Below, piece by piece: positions 27,972 through 38,162 of a stretch of 64,000 bases of DNA (position 1 is its first letter; each line of letters starts with the position of its first letter). The DNA is from Candidatus Micrarchaeia archaeon. GTDB taxonomy: Archaea > Micrarchaeota > Micrarchaeia > CAILAH01. The translations under genes and the position numbers were made by a program. Under the pieces are notes generated by a model. That model did not search any database and was not told where the DNA came from. It was given only the letters and a program-made list of their open reading frames with translations. The stretch covers positions 32,001 to 96,000 of the forward strand of contig JAVZCB010000001.1 in NCBI GenBank assembly GCA_038874595.1, written 5' to 3'.

Positions 27972-29444
27972 ATGGCACTCAGGGAAGGTGTAGAGCCTCG
28001 CAAATACCAAAAAGAGATAGCAGAGAGCGCCTTACGCCACGGTAACACGCTGGTTGTGCTTCCAACAGGTATGGGCAAGACGCTAATAGCTGTTTTGGTT
28101 ATTGAAAGGAAGGTGCAGGAAGGTGCTGTGTTGTTTCTTGCACCTACCAAGCCGCTCGTAAGCCAGCACCTGAAAACAATAAGAGACCTGCTCCCCGGCG
28201 TTGATGCAATTGCAATCACCGGTGAGATGGGAAAAAATGCACGGAAGGAGCTCTGGAAATCGCATGATATAATAGTTGCAACACCACAGACTGTTGAGAG
28301 CGACCTGGATATAATTGATAAGGGCAGGTTTTCCCTTCTTGTAATAGATGAGGTTCACAAGGCGATTGGGAAGTACGCATATACAGAGGTTGCGCAGGAG
28401 TTCAGGCCATATGCAATGATTCTTGGGCTGACAGCATCACCCGGCGGTAAAAAGGCAAAGATAGAGGAGATAACAAGCACACTTGGGATAGTCAATGTTG
28501 AAAGCAGGGACCATCTTGATGAGGATGTGCGGCCTTACGTTAAAGAGATGGATATTGACTGGATAGAAGTTGATGAGCTTCCTGAATATGTTGAGGCAAA
28601 GAAACAGCTGCGTGCACTCCTTGACTGGTACATAGGCATGGTAAGGCATTATGGGTTTTCAGTGTATGCAAAAAGCAGGAAATCTATGATACTTGCACAA
28701 CAGTCAATCATGAAGAGCAGGCTGAAGAGCAAGTATCATGCGCTGAAGTATTTGAGCGCAGCAATAAACCTTGATTATGCGATTGAGATGCTTGAGACGC
28801 AGAGTATGGATGCATTTTTAACGTATACAGCCAGCCTGGAAAGCAGGGAGACGAAGGGCGCACAGCTGCTTTCCAGGGATGGGCGCTTGCATGATATAAT
28901 AGCATATGTGCGGCAGCACAAGGTTATCCACCCAAAGATGCAAAAACTTGTTGAGCTGATTGAGGCCGACAAGAGCGCAAAATACATTGTGTTTTCACAG
29001 TATACCGCACAGATAGAGTACTTGGAGAGGGCGCTTGCACTGTTTGGGTTCAGGTGCAGGAAGTTTATGGGGCAGCGCCGTGGGTTTACAAGAAAACAGC
29101 AGCTTGAGGCAATTGAGCAGTTCAGGAATGGTGAGTTTGACGTGCTCATTGCAAGCTCAATAGGCGAGGAAGGGCTGGATATCCCTTCAGTGGATTATGT
29201 AATATTCTACGAGCCAATCCCAAGCGAGATAAGAAGCATACAGCGTAGGGGTCGTGCAGGCAGGGCAAAGAAAGGGTTTGTGCGCGTATTAATTACAAGG
29301 GGCACGCGTGATGAGGCGGCGTATTATGTCTCACAGCGCAAAGAAAAGCGCATGAAGCACATAATCAACAGGATGAAGGCCGGCAATTCAGGTATCCTGC
29401 GCGGGCGCAAGCTGACCGGCACGCTTATGGATTATATGCATTAG
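27972..29444 (+). CDS. Hef/FANCM/Mph1-like SF2 helicase (no nuclease domain)
   Basis: EPRKYQ, LPTGMGKT, DEVH, LTASPG, EEGLDIP, YEPIPSEIRSIQRRGR.GR. Confidence 0.95.
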   Translation: MALREGVEPRKYQKEIAESALRHGNTLVVLPTGMGKTLIAVLVIERKVQEGAVLFLAPTKPLVSQHLKTIRDLLPGVDAIAITGEMGKNARKELWKSHDIIVATPQTVESDLDIIDKGRFSLLVIDEVHKAIGKYAYTEVAQEFRPYAMILGLTASPGGKKAKIEEITSTLGIVNVESRDHLDEDVRPYVKEMDIDWIEVDELPEYVEAKKQLRALLDWYIGMVRHYGFSVYAKSRKSMILAQQSIMKSRLKSKYHALKYLSAAINLDYAIEMLETQSMDAFLTYTASLESRETKGAQLLSRDGRLHDIIAYVRQHKVIHPKMQKLVELIEADKSAKYIVFSQYTAQIEYLERALALFGFRCRKFMGQRRGFTRKQQLEAIEQFRNGEFDVLIASSIGEEGLDIPSVDYVIFYEPIPSEIRSIQRRGRAGRAKKGFVRVLITRGTRDEAAYYVSQRKEKRMKHIINRMKAGNSGILRGRKLTGTLMDYMH

Positions 29445-29484
29445 TCAATCATTCAGGACCAAAACTCTGACACACTATCGCAAC

Positions 29485-29748
29485 TTACAGCAGGAAATCC
29501 TTTGATGCCTTTCCCTTTGGAAAGACAGGGATGCCCTTTGCCCTCACAGGCAATCCGGTTTCTTCGGCAACCGCAGACAATTCGTTTATTGGTATAAGCA
29601 TATCACAATCAAGCAGCTTGTAAGGCCCGGCAGCGGACGGCTCTGCAACCATCCTGAAGACAACACGCTGGTATATCCCGCCCGCCCTTTTCACGCGCAG
29701 TATCACCGACCCGCCCGCCTTGAAATCAATATGCTTTTGAGATGCCAC
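29485..29748 (-). CDS. hypothetical protein
   Basis: Follows rnhC; probable GTG start after GGTGA (ORF open to 29841). Confidence 0.65.
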   Translation of the reverse strand: MASQKHIDFKAGGSVILRVKRAGGIYQRVVFRMVAEPSAAGPYKLLDCDMLIPINELSAVAEETGLPVRAKGIPVFPKGKASKDFLL

Positions 29749-29761
29749 ACAATCACCATTT

Positions 29762-30607
29762 TTAACCAATACTCTTACCTTCTTTATATCCTGTAAGATA
29801 ACTAACTTTGCAGAATTCATTCCTTTTCCTGTGCACAGCAATCTTATCTTTTGTGAGTTTTCTTATGTTTATCTTCTCGGATGTTTCATAGCTCGCCAGC
29901 CATTTTTCATACTCGCTTTTTGCAATTATGCTCGCTGCTGCAACAGACTCAAACCTTTCTGCCCGTGTTGTGGTAATTATGTTTATGTTTAAATGGGCCT
30001 GCTTAAGCGCCTCCTCAAGTTTTAAATCGTTACGTTTGCTTCCAAACTTATCAATTATCACGGTGCATTTTTCATTTGTATCTATTTTTTCGAGAAGCTT
30101 GCTTATTGCCGAAGCGTGCATTTCAGTGAGCAGGTCGTTGAGGTTGCCGCTGCGGAATTTTTCATTAAAGTCGCGTGGTGATAGCACACGCACAGCATAC
30201 GGATAAGTGCGTGCAATTCTTGATACTTCAGCGAGCTGGCCGCGCGATAACTCCTTGCTATCCATAACTCCGCAGAACCTTGCAAGTGCACGGTCTTCAG
30301 GTGTCCTGAGCAGCACAGCAGCTACAACCATTGGTCCCAGCAGCTCTCCCTTCCCAGCCTCATCAGAGCCTATAACCGGCCCGTCAAACCCGTCGCGTGA
30401 GGTAATGAACTCAATTATCTTATTACGCATTTCCCCCTCTGGCTTTTCAGAGAACACAACTTTGCCACTGTTGTATATCACAACCAGCGCACGCCCAATC
30501 TTATACCTGCCAAATTCATACTCGCTTGCAGTTTTGAGGCGATGGATTTCAGGAAATAATTGTGTAAACTCAGGCAACTGCTCTGGTGAGAGTTGTATTG
30601 TATGCAT
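29762..30607 (-). CDS. rnhC: ribonuclease HIII
   Basis: N-terminal TBP-like segment (VVIYNSGKVVF), then GSDEAGKG..LGP, DSK, IIDKF, VAAASIIA. Confidence 0.88.
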   Translation of the reverse strand: MHTIQLSPEQLPEFTQLFPEIHRLKTASEYEFGRYKIGRALVVIYNSGKVVFSEKPEGEMRNKIIEFITSRDGFDGPVIGSDEAGKGELLGPMVVAAVLLRTPEDRALARFCGVMDSKELSRGQLAEVSRIARTYPYAVRVLSPRDFNEKFRSGNLNDLLTEMHASAISKLLEKIDTNEKCTVIIDKFGSKRNDLKLEEALKQAHLNINIITTTRAERFESVAAASIIAKSEYEKWLASYETSEKINIRKLTKDKIAVHRKRNEFCKVSYLTGYKEGKSIG

Positions 30608-30658
30608 TGGTGATACTTCTGCACAAATGATTTAAAGTTATGGCACAAAGAAAAAACG

Positions 30659-31171
30659 ATGGTCCAGTACCCAATCCCATTTGTTGCCGGGATAATAGAG
30701 AAGAAGATTAATGGCAGGACGCACATCTTGCTGCAGACACGCTGGAAATTCAGTGTTAGCCCAAAATATTCTGGGCTGTATGAGCTGCCAGGCGGTGCGG
30801 TTGAAGCCGGGGAGAACGTGTATGATGCACTTAAGCGTGAGATTAAGGAAGAGACAAACCTTGATGTGAAGCGGTTTATAAACCTCAATGTCACTGATGA
30901 CATAAGCAATATAGATGGTGATTCCGCGTTTGGCTTTATGCCGTTCTGCTGTACCCAGATGACAAAGCCAATTTATTTTGTTGGGTTATTTTTTGTGTGC
31001 GAGGCTGAGGAAGGCCAGTTGGTTGCAGGCAAGGATGAGGCAAAGGACCCTCACTGGGTCAGTTTGGACGATCTTGCTGTAATGCTCAGGAAAGAGCGTA
31101 GGAAATTCTTTACGCCGCACCTTCCAGCGCTTGATATGTACATGCAGTTGCGTGGTGGCAGCATGCAATAA
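30659..31171 (+). CDS. NUDIX hydrolase
   Basis: GGAVEAGENVYDALKREIKEETNL Nudix box. Confidence 0.95.
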   Translation: MVQYPIPFVAGIIEKKINGRTHILLQTRWKFSVSPKYSGLYELPGGAVEAGENVYDALKREIKEETNLDVKRFINLNVTDDISNIDGDSAFGFMPFCCTQMTKPIYFVGLFFVCEAEEGQLVAGKDEAKDPHWVSLDDLAVMLRKERRKFFTPHLPALDMYMQLRGGSMQ

Positions 31172-31196
31172 ACATTACCTTGCGGGAAGTTAGCGG

Positions 31197-32147
31197 CTAT
31201 TTTTGCAGGATACCGCTTGTGGAGATTTCTAGTATGAGGTATATTATGTAGAACAGCAGGAGGTATAACCCTTCCTGGCGTGTAAGTATCCTTCCGGAGC
31301 GCAGGAAGTAAATGAGCAGTGCACCCGCAAAGAACATCATCCCGCCAGTAACGTATATGTAGGTGGGATTAAAATTAATTGGGTGTATCAGTGCAACTAT
31401 ACCTAACAGTATCGTTGCGTCTATTATTACGTTGCCCAGTATATCCCCGAGTGCAAGCTCACTATGGTTTGATGTTACTGCTTTGATTGAGAACACGAGT
31501 TCAGGCATGCATGTACCAATTGCAACAAGCGTGAGTGCTATCAGGAAAGGTGGCACACCTATCTCGGTTGCAAAGCTAACACTGAACTTGACAGTGTAGT
31601 ATGCTCCACCAATCAGTGCGATAATGGTTACCACCAACAGCACCAGATTGGCAATCCAGCTAAGGTTTTCAGCATGGTTAAATTTCCTGCTGAATCTTTT
31701 CCTTTGCATCAGGAGTGTTGTAAAGAACAGCAAACCGCTTATGATTAGTATAAGGCCGTCAAAGCGCGTTATGTTTCCATCAAAGCCCAAGAGCAAAGGA
31801 ACAAGGAGCAGTATGAGATAGAAGAAGTTGCTTTTCAGAATTTCACTTTTTACAGTTATCCCATTTTTTGAGAATAATGCAACTACCCCAAACACCATTG
31901 CCAGGTCTGCAACGTTTGAGCCAAGAAGTGTGCCGAGCCCAAATTCGGGTGTGCCTTCAAGCGCGGAAACTATAGATACCATAGCTTCAGGAAAGCAGGA
32001 CATTACAGCAATAAAGAAAAAGCTTACTATGAACTCTGAGATATGGAATATCCGTGCAAGGCGGGATGCATAGGTTATTGCATACTCTGCGCTTTTAATT
32101 AATACAAGTATTGATACGAGAAGCAGAGTAAGGCTTACCAGCACCAT
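31197..32147 (-). CDS. Na+/Ca2+ exchanger family (YrbG-like) antiporter
   Basis: Two alpha repeats: SCFPE..GTLLGSN and GTCMPE..GDILGN. Confidence 0.92.
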   Translation of the reverse strand: MVLVSLTLLLVSILVLIKSAEYAITYASRLARIFHISEFIVSFFFIAVMSCFPEAMVSIVSALEGTPEFGLGTLLGSNVADLAMVFGVVALFSKNGITVKSEILKSNFFYLILLLVPLLLGFDGNITRFDGLILIISGLLFFTTLLMQRKRFSRKFNHAENLSWIANLVLLVVTIIALIGGAYYTVKFSVSFATEIGVPPFLIALTLVAIGTCMPELVFSIKAVTSNHSELALGDILGNVIIDATILLGIVALIHPINFNPTYIYVTGGMMFFAGALLIYFLRSGRILTRQEGLYLLLFYIIYLILEISTSGILQK

Positions 32148-32212
32148 ATGCCATTATTACAGATAATCATTTATAAAATGTGCCTCTTTGATGAGATATA
32201 TTTCTGTTAGTA

Positions 32213-33727
32213 TTACAGGAATGCCTCCACATCCTCTTTTCTCTGGGATTGCCTTTTCTCATACTCTCGTGCCAGCGATTCAAGGTCGATGCCATTTGCC
32301 TGGAACTCATACTTTCTTTTTCGTACTCTCACAAATATAGGTTGTACAACCGCTTCACCAACGACGAGCGCCTCACCGGTTTTCAGTGTTGTGATGCTAC
32401 TGAGCATATAATTATCAATGCCCTCACAGCTTTCACCTATATGCTTGATATCGTAGGGGTTGGTCACACGAAGTATGATGTGTGTGTTGCACTGTGACAG
32501 TGCAGTTGTGCTAAGCCTTACAGGGCGCTGTGTTATCAGGCAGAGCGATGCGCCGAACTTCCTGCCTTCGCGTGCAATCCGTTCTATCTCATGTTTTGAT
32601 AACATTTCCTCGCGTTTTACGCCTTCAGCTGCAAAGTTGTGCGCCTCTTCCACAACAAGCAAAAAAGGAGGTATCTTCCCTTTTTTGATAGCATTGAATA
32701 ATCTGCGTGCAAAGTATGCCACAATTAGCTGTTTTTTCTTTTCACTATCTATTTCCTTGAAAGAGATTATGCTTATGTGCCCGGGCTTTACAAGAGTGGT
32801 CACCGTTGGGTCATCAACCTTTCCGAAAAGCTTCATCTTATGCAGGGAATCAAGATGGTCAAGAAGCGCGTCTCGTGTAGATATAGCTTTCTTATCATCA
32901 ATCCCGGAGATGTCTATCATCAAGTCCTTGATTGTGAAGAACTTATGCTCAAGCATGGCTTTGCGCTTATGCTCATAAAATGTTGTGTTGAGCATTCTCT
33001 TTTGCGGCCCGCTCAGCTGGTGGAAGAAGGGAAACATCTCAGGCTGAGCATTTTTCGTGCTTATCCGTATTTTTGATGCATCGTAGATAGTGATACGGTC
33101 AGAAAACGCTGCACCCTTCATATTAGCATACTCACCGTGCATATCAAGAACTACAACACCTATCCGCCCATCCTCCGGCTTTCGCTCGAGCAGCTCCTCA
33201 AGCAGGACACTCATAAGGTATGATTTACCCGCACCAGACATTGCCAGGATTGCTACATGTTTCTGGAACAGCTTTGATAAGCCGAGCCGTACATCAACAT
33301 CGTGATTGAGCAGTTTCCCTATGTTAAGCCCATTTTGCTTAAACCCGAGGTATTTCTCAAGCATGTGCTCATCAACAGTGAGCACTTCCGAGCCGGGTGC
33401 TGGCGGGAATGAGCACCTGTGCAGCAAGTTCCCATCAAAAATCCCAATGATTCTGCACTCCGCAATCGTATAACTCCATTCGCTTACAGGAAAATGTGAT
33501 GACATCATCCCAGCACGCTCATACTCAGCAACGCTTTCAGCACGCTCAAAGTACCTATTTGAGCGGAATATGTCATTTACAACAGCTACAAGCGTTCCAG
33601 CCTCGTGGTGCATCTCAACAAATTGGCCTTTCCTGACGAGCCCAATCGCATCGTCGCTAATCACAAACGCAAATTTTGCAGTGTTCGGCGAGTCTATTAA
33701 TGAGATTACTGTCCCGAGCTTTACCAT
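32213..33727 (-). CDS. herA: HerA-family DNA translocase/ATPase
   Basis: HAS barrel, H.AILAMSGAGKS, D.HGEY, EEAHNF, AREGRKFG, TQRP. Confidence 0.92.
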   Translation of the reverse strand: MVKLGTVISLIDSPNTAKFAFVISDDAIGLVRKGQFVEMHHEAGTLVAVVNDIFRSNRYFERAESVAEYERAGMMSSHFPVSEWSYTIAECRIIGIFDGNLLHRCSFPPAPGSEVLTVDEHMLEKYLGFKQNGLNIGKLLNHDVDVRLGLSKLFQKHVAILAMSGAGKSYLMSVLLEELLERKPEDGRIGVVVLDMHGEYANMKGAAFSDRITIYDASKIRISTKNAQPEMFPFFHQLSGPQKRMLNTTFYEHKRKAMLEHKFFTIKDLMIDISGIDDKKAISTRDALLDHLDSLHKMKLFGKVDDPTVTTLVKPGHISIISFKEIDSEKKKQLIVAYFARRLFNAIKKGKIPPFLLVVEEAHNFAAEGVKREEMLSKHEIERIAREGRKFGASLCLITQRPVRLSTTALSQCNTHIILRVTNPYDIKHIGESCEGIDNYMLSSITTLKTGEALVVGEAVVQPIFVRVRKRKYEFQANGIDLESLAREYEKRQSQRKEDVEAFL

Positions 33728-33803
33728 ACTACTAAATATGCCTATGATGTATTAAAAGCAAACGCCAGCAGTTTTCCTGTTATTTTTTGGAGAACAAGAA
33801 ACA

Positions 33804-33947
33804 CGGGCCCGATGGGAAATTCAGCATTACAGAATTTTTTCTGTTTCGGTAGTGCATTTGAACCCATACTCCAGGGTAACCTCTGTTCTCCACGTTTGGA
33901 GCGGGCATTCGAAGCCCTGTAGGCTATCCAGGCTACCTCACGGGCCC
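33804..33947 (-). tRNA. tRNA-Arg(UCG) with two introns (37/38: 33878-33908, 31 nt; 59/60: 33818-33856, 39 nt)
   Basis: GGGCCCG acceptor stem; CAGGG-CTTCGA..A-CCCTG; BHBs CUUC/GAGG and UUCA/UGAA with 3-nt bulges. Confidence 0.9.
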
Positions 33948-34094
33948 GAGCATCTTATCCCAAGGCAATAATATAAATTAAATGCTTTACGGGATAGCTT
34001 GCTTTTTTGCAGCTGCATACGCCTGGAAGTAGTTTGATGCTTTTCCACGTGCATAAACCAATATAAAGTTATCCGGGCTGAATATCTGTGGATG

Positions 34095-34144
34095 TGGGCG
34101 TGCATCTCTTTAGAGAGGTGCCTGCTTTATTAAGCAGATGCCTG
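34095..34144 (+). promoter_or_regulatory. candidate eL15 ribosomal protein leader (three-way junction)
   Basis: GGGCGU/AUGCCU closing GCAUCUCU/AGAGGUGC and CUGCUU/AAGCAG; lies between a TATA box (about 34061) and the SD of rpl15e. Confidence 0.65.
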
Positions 34145-34160
34145 AACTTAAGGTGATATA

Positions 34161-34682
34161 ATGGGTTACTACAAATACCTAACGGAGACTTTTGTAAAGG
34201 AATGGAAAGAGAAATCCCCTGAGTACAGGGAACGGCTCGTTGCATGGAGAAAAGAGCCGCCGATTGTGCGTGTTGAGCGGCCGCTGAACATTTCACGTGC
34301 GCGTATTCTTGGCTATAAGGCAAAGAAGGGGTTTGTTGTTGTCCGTGTCAGGATTGCAAAGGGCAACAGGAAGATTTCACGGCCGGTGAGGGGCAGGAAA
34401 CCATCCCGTTCCGGGAGGTTCTTCTCTGCACAATTATCTGACCAGGCAATAGCCGAGCAGAGGGCAAACCGCAAGTACAGGAACCTTGAAGTGCTTAATT
34501 CATACTGGGTTGGTGATGATGGCACAAGCAAGTATTATGAAGTAATTCTTGTCGACCCGGCAAGGAAAGAGGTTGAGGTGCTTGCCAAGAACCGTAATGG
34601 GCGCGCGTTCAGGGGCTTAACAAGCGCAGGCAGAAAAGCGCGCGGGCTCAGGTTCAAGGGAAAAAGAAGGCCTAAACAATGA
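34161..34682 (+). CDS. rpl15e: 50S ribosomal protein L15e
   Basis: AR.LGYKAK.G, NLEVLNSYWV, RAFRGLTSAG. Confidence 0.98.
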   Translation: MGYYKYLTETFVKEWKEKSPEYRERLVAWRKEPPIVRVERPLNISRARILGYKAKKGFVVVRVRIAKGNRKISRPVRGRKPSRSGRFFSAQLSDQAIAEQRANRKYRNLEVLNSYWVGDDGTSKYYEVILVDPARKEVEVLAKNRNGRAFRGLTSAGRKARGLRFKGKRRPKQ

Positions 34683-35182
34683 GCCGGTACTTTGACCTTC
34701 ACGTGCGGTTTGACTGGAAGAATTTTTCATCTGAGGGCTACTGTAAGGTATTTTGCCCAAACATAATTGCTGGCGGCAACAGGTACGACCCTGCGCGCAT
34801 CAACATTGCAGTTGTTTCAGACTCTGGCAGGCCACTTCCGCCCAAATATGACCTTGTGAGTTTCAAGGGGTTTGCAGTAAACGTTGACCATCTTGCATTA
34901 GTGCGTGAGAAAAAGCGGGCCGTGGAAGTTTGCATTGCAGAGGTTAAGCAGGCACTTCTTAGTGGCCGCATACACCAGGCAAGGTTTTTCTGTGATGCGC
35001 TGCGCTCGTACAAGGTCCCGTTTGTGTTCACATCAGGTGCATCAACCGTTTATGAAGCCAAATCACCAAAAGAGATGGCTTTTATAGGTGAGTTGCTTGG
35101 TTTTACTCAACGTGAGGTGCTTCTTTCAATCAGCGATACCGCAGTGGAGATTTTGAATGAGAAGGGATATGACTATGCATAG
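34679..35182 (+). CDS. rnp3: RNase P protein subunit Rpp30 (short form)
   Basis: YFDLH, DH...A.E, PFVFTSGA...E.KSP; L15e-Rpp30-Pop5 synteny. Confidence 0.82.
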   Translation: MSRYFDLHVRFDWKNFSSEGYCKVFCPNIIAGGNRYDPARINIAVVSDSGRPLPPKYDLVSFKGFAVNVDHLALVREKKRAVEVCIAEVKQALLSGRIHQARFFCDALRSYKVPFVFTSGASTVYEAKSPKEMAFIGELLGFTQREVLLSISDTAVEILNEKGYDYA

Positions 35183-35209
35183 CTTGCGCAGGCCCAGAGG
35201 TGTTATGCG

Positions 35210-35515
35210 ATGGGTGTAAAAAAGAGCTTGAGGACAGCGTTCCGTTATATCCGGTTCGTGTTTGTTTCTGCAACACCTGTTGCTGCAAAAGATATGGAGG
35301 AGCATTTAAGGCAACACCTGCATAAAATGCTAGGCCTGCTCAACTCGCCAAAGATAAAGCTGTTTTCAACAGGCAAGGAAAACGAGTATGTGCTGCGCTG
35401 CGATTCTGCATCCTTTGCTAAGGTCCGGCAGGCACTTTTGTTTTTTTATGGCAAGGATTACAGGATAAAACTTCTCAAAAGCTCCGGCACAATAAAATCT
35501 CTTGGCGCTGGGTAA
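35210..35515 (+). CDS. rnp2: RNase P protein subunit Pop5/Rpp14
   Basis: LR...RYI.F, VLRC, SSGTIK.L. Confidence 0.85.
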   Translation: MGVKKSLRTAFRYIRFVFVSATPVAAKDMEEHLRQHLHKMLGLLNSPKIKLFSTGKENEYVLRCDSASFAKVRQALLFFYGKDYRIKLLKSSGTIKSLGAG

Positions 35516-35524
35516 TGCCAAAAC

Positions 35525-36685
35525 CTATTTTTGCTTTTTGAGTGCGCGGTCTATTTTTTCAAATATTTCTTCGGCACCAATGCCGCGGAGCACTGCTTCC
35601 TGGACACCTATCCTTATACCACTCGGGGCAATGACGCTCGTATCCCATGGCAGTGAGTTTTTGTTCACTATAATGTTATTTTTCTCTAGCTTGTCAGCAA
35701 CGGCGGCACCGCCCCCAATCGCTGATACGTCCACGACGACTTGGTGTGTATAAGTGTATTCCTTACCGTCATAACCGCACACGTTATAGCCCGATTCGGC
35801 CATCATTTTTGCGAGCTTTTGTGCGGTCCCGATTACCCTCTTCCCGTAATCCCTATGTGCAGTATCATACGCAATTGCAGTGGCAAGCAGCGCAGGTATC
35901 CTGTGCAGGTGGTGGTTACTCAGTATGCCTGGGAACAATGCCGTATCTATCCCCTTTTCAAACTGCATCTCCTCTTTTATCAGGATTATGCCGCCCTGCG
36001 GTCCAGGAAATGTTTTGTGTGTTGATGCAGTTATTATATCCGCACCATCACTGAAAGGCGCCTGGAATTCCCCTCCATAAATCAGCCCGAACACGTGTGC
36101 AGCATCGTATACGATCACAAGCTCTGGGAACTCGTTACGTATTTCACGCACCGGTTCCGGGTGCAGGAACATGCTCTTTCCAAGGACAATAAAATCCGGG
36201 TTTGTGTCGCGTATTATTCGTATTGACCTGTCCACATCCGTTTTGAATGGGTTATCCTCATCAACCACAAAATTGTGCACTTCCTTCTTGCAGATTTTGC
36301 TTATTGTTCCCATCCTGTTGTGTGTGATATGCCCACCTGATGGGAGCGAGTTGCTCACTATTTTACCTGTAATGTGCGGGAGCCCGCTGAACACTGCCAG
36401 GTTTGCGATCGCACCACTTATCGGCCGCACGTCCGCATAATGGCATTTAAAATGCTCCCTAAAATGCTGCTCGCACGCAGATTCAAGCTCGTCAATGAAC
36501 TTCGTCCCATTGTAATATCTTTGGTATGGCTTGCCCTCAGCATACCTATGCATGAAATCATTACAGTAAAATTCACGTGGCACTTCAGGAAACATAATAT
36601 TCTCGGAAGCAATCAAGTTTAGTGTTGAATTCCGCCACGTTTCATTCTCATCCACAACCCTGCGGATATCCTCAATGCTCTTCAT
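35525..36685 (-). CDS. glyA: serine hydroxymethyltransferase
   Basis: LIASEN, RYAEG, YDAAH, STHKTFPGPQGG, SGIRIG. Confidence 0.96.
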   Translation of the reverse strand: MKSIEDIRRVVDENETWRNSTLNLIASENIMFPEVPREFYCNDFMHRYAEGKPYQRYYNGTKFIDELESACEQHFREHFKCHYADVRPISGAIANLAVFSGLPHITGKIVSNSLPSGGHITHNRMGTISKICKKEVHNFVVDEDNPFKTDVDRSIRIIRDTNPDFIVLGKSMFLHPEPVREIRNEFPELVIVYDAAHVFGLIYGGEFQAPFSDGADIITASTHKTFPGPQGGIILIKEEMQFEKGIDTALFPGILSNHHLHRIPALLATAIAYDTAHRDYGKRVIGTAQKLAKMMAESGYNVCGYDGKEYTYTHQVVVDVSAIGGGAAVADKLEKNNIIVNKNSLPWDTSVIAPSGIRIGVQEAVLRGIGAEEIFEKIDRALKKQK

Positions 36686-36716
36686 ACTCGTGCACCCGTA
36701 TAATTTTTGGCAGCAC

Positions 36717-38162
36717 TTAGCCACGCCTCCACAGGCTTACGCCACCAACATCCTCCACAATTATTTTTGCGTCTGCAAGCGCGCTGCGTATCTTATCAGC
36801 ATCAGCATATCTTTTTTCTTTTCTTAAAGACTCCCTAATTGCAAGCAGTTTTTCAACAGCTACAAACAGCCCATCCCCCATCGGGATTCCGTGTTCCATG
36901 CAGATACGTTCAAGCCGCATTTCGTATTCCTTGTCACCTTTTAGTGCAACCGGAATGCCAAGTATATCAAGAAGCCCGATCAGCTCATCAACAGCTTTCC
37001 TGAGGCTCTCAGGGTAAACATCTTTGTTGCTTATGCTCTTATTGATTATTTTTATTATCTCATTGATTGCGACAAGCGCATTTGCGGTATTGAAATCCTG
37101 CCCCATTGCAGCATGGAATACTCTTTTTTGTGTTTCAACCTCATCTTCAATTGACCTGTCAATCCCACTTGACCTTTCAATCGCAACACGCGCAAACTCA
37201 ATAGCATTCATCATTTTCTCGATATGCCTTTTTGTCTCTTCAAGCCCTTCAAACGAAAAATCAATCGGGCTCCTGTAATGCCGTGTAAGCAAGTACCACC
37301 TGATTACTTCAGGCCGATATTTTGCAAGGACTTCCTCAGCGGTAATGAAATTGTTAAGGCTCTTGCTCATCTTTTCCCCGTTTATTGTGAGGAATCCTGT
37401 ATGCATCCAATAGTTTACGAATTTTTGGCCGGTGGCAGCCTCGCTCTGCGCAATCTCATTTTCGTGATGCGGGAAGATAAGGTCCCTCCCGCCCCCATGT
37501 ATATCAATAGTCCCTCCAATGTATTTTGATGATATTGCGGAGCACTCAATATGCCAGCCAGGCCTTCCACGCCCCCACGGCGAATCGAACACTACTTCAT
37601 TCTCCTTGCTTGATTTCCACAGCGCAAAATCCAGGGGGTTGCGCTTTTTCTCACCCGGCTCGACGCGCGCACCGCACATAAGCTCATCAATCTTTTGCTT
37701 TGATAACTTCCCATAATCCTTGAACTTGAGCACTGAGAAGTAAACATCCCCTGATGACTCGTATGCATACCCATTTGCAATTATCTTCTCTATTAAGGAT
37801 ATAATTGCAGGGATATTCTCAGATACTTTCTCAAGCAACGTTGGCCTCTTTATGTTGAGCGCATCCATAATTTCAAGAGCCTGTTTCATGTTCTCCTCAG
37901 TCAGCTTTAATGGGTGTACACCTTTCTCAGCGGCACGCTGAAATACCTTGTCCTCAACATCAGTGATGTTTTGGACGTACAGCACCTCAAACCCCAGGCT
38001 CTCAAAATACCTTCTCACAACATCAAAAAAGATATATGTCCTGAGATGGCCTACGTGCATCTTATCGTAAGGTGTCAGGCCACACACGTACATGCGTACC
38101 TGCCCCTCTTTTACAGGGACAAATTCGCGCTCGCAAGCCTCAAAAGAATCATAGATAATCAT
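36717..38162 (-). CDS. cysS: cysteine--tRNA ligase
   Basis: YVCG.T.YD, HVGH, GRPGWHIECS, KMSKS. Confidence 0.98.
   Translation of the reverse strand: MIIYDSFEACEREFVPVKEGQVRMYVCGLTPYDKMHVGHLRTYIFFDVVRRYFESLGFEVLYVQNITDVEDKVFQRAAEKGVHPLKLTEENMKQALEIMDALNIKRPTLLEKVSENIPAIISLIEKIIANGYAYESSGDVYFSVLKFKDYGKLSKQKIDELMCGARVEPGEKKRNPLDFALWKSSKENEVVFDSPWGRGRPGWHIECSAISSKYIGGTIDIHGGGRDLIFPHHENEIAQSEAATGQKFVNYWMHTGFLTINGEKMSKSLNNFITAEEVLAKYRPEVIRWYLLTRHYRSPIDFSFEGLEETKRHIEKMMNAIEFARVAIERSSGIDRSIEDEVETQKRVFHAAMGQDFNTANALVAINEIIKIINKSISNKDVYPESLRKAVDELIGLLDILGIPVALKGDKEYEMRLERICMEHGIPMGDGLFVAVEKLLAIRESLRKEKRYADADKIRSALADAKIIVEDVGGVSLWRRG

Noticed and set aside
32213-33727. HerA-based antiphage system
   Set aside because: It looks like housekeeping archaeal HerA with a HAS barrel; no Sir2 or nuclease partner is adjacent.
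33982-34032. 16-aa hydrophobic ORF MLYGIACFFAAAYAWK
   Set aside because: No SD and too short to support; it lies in a divergent promoter region.
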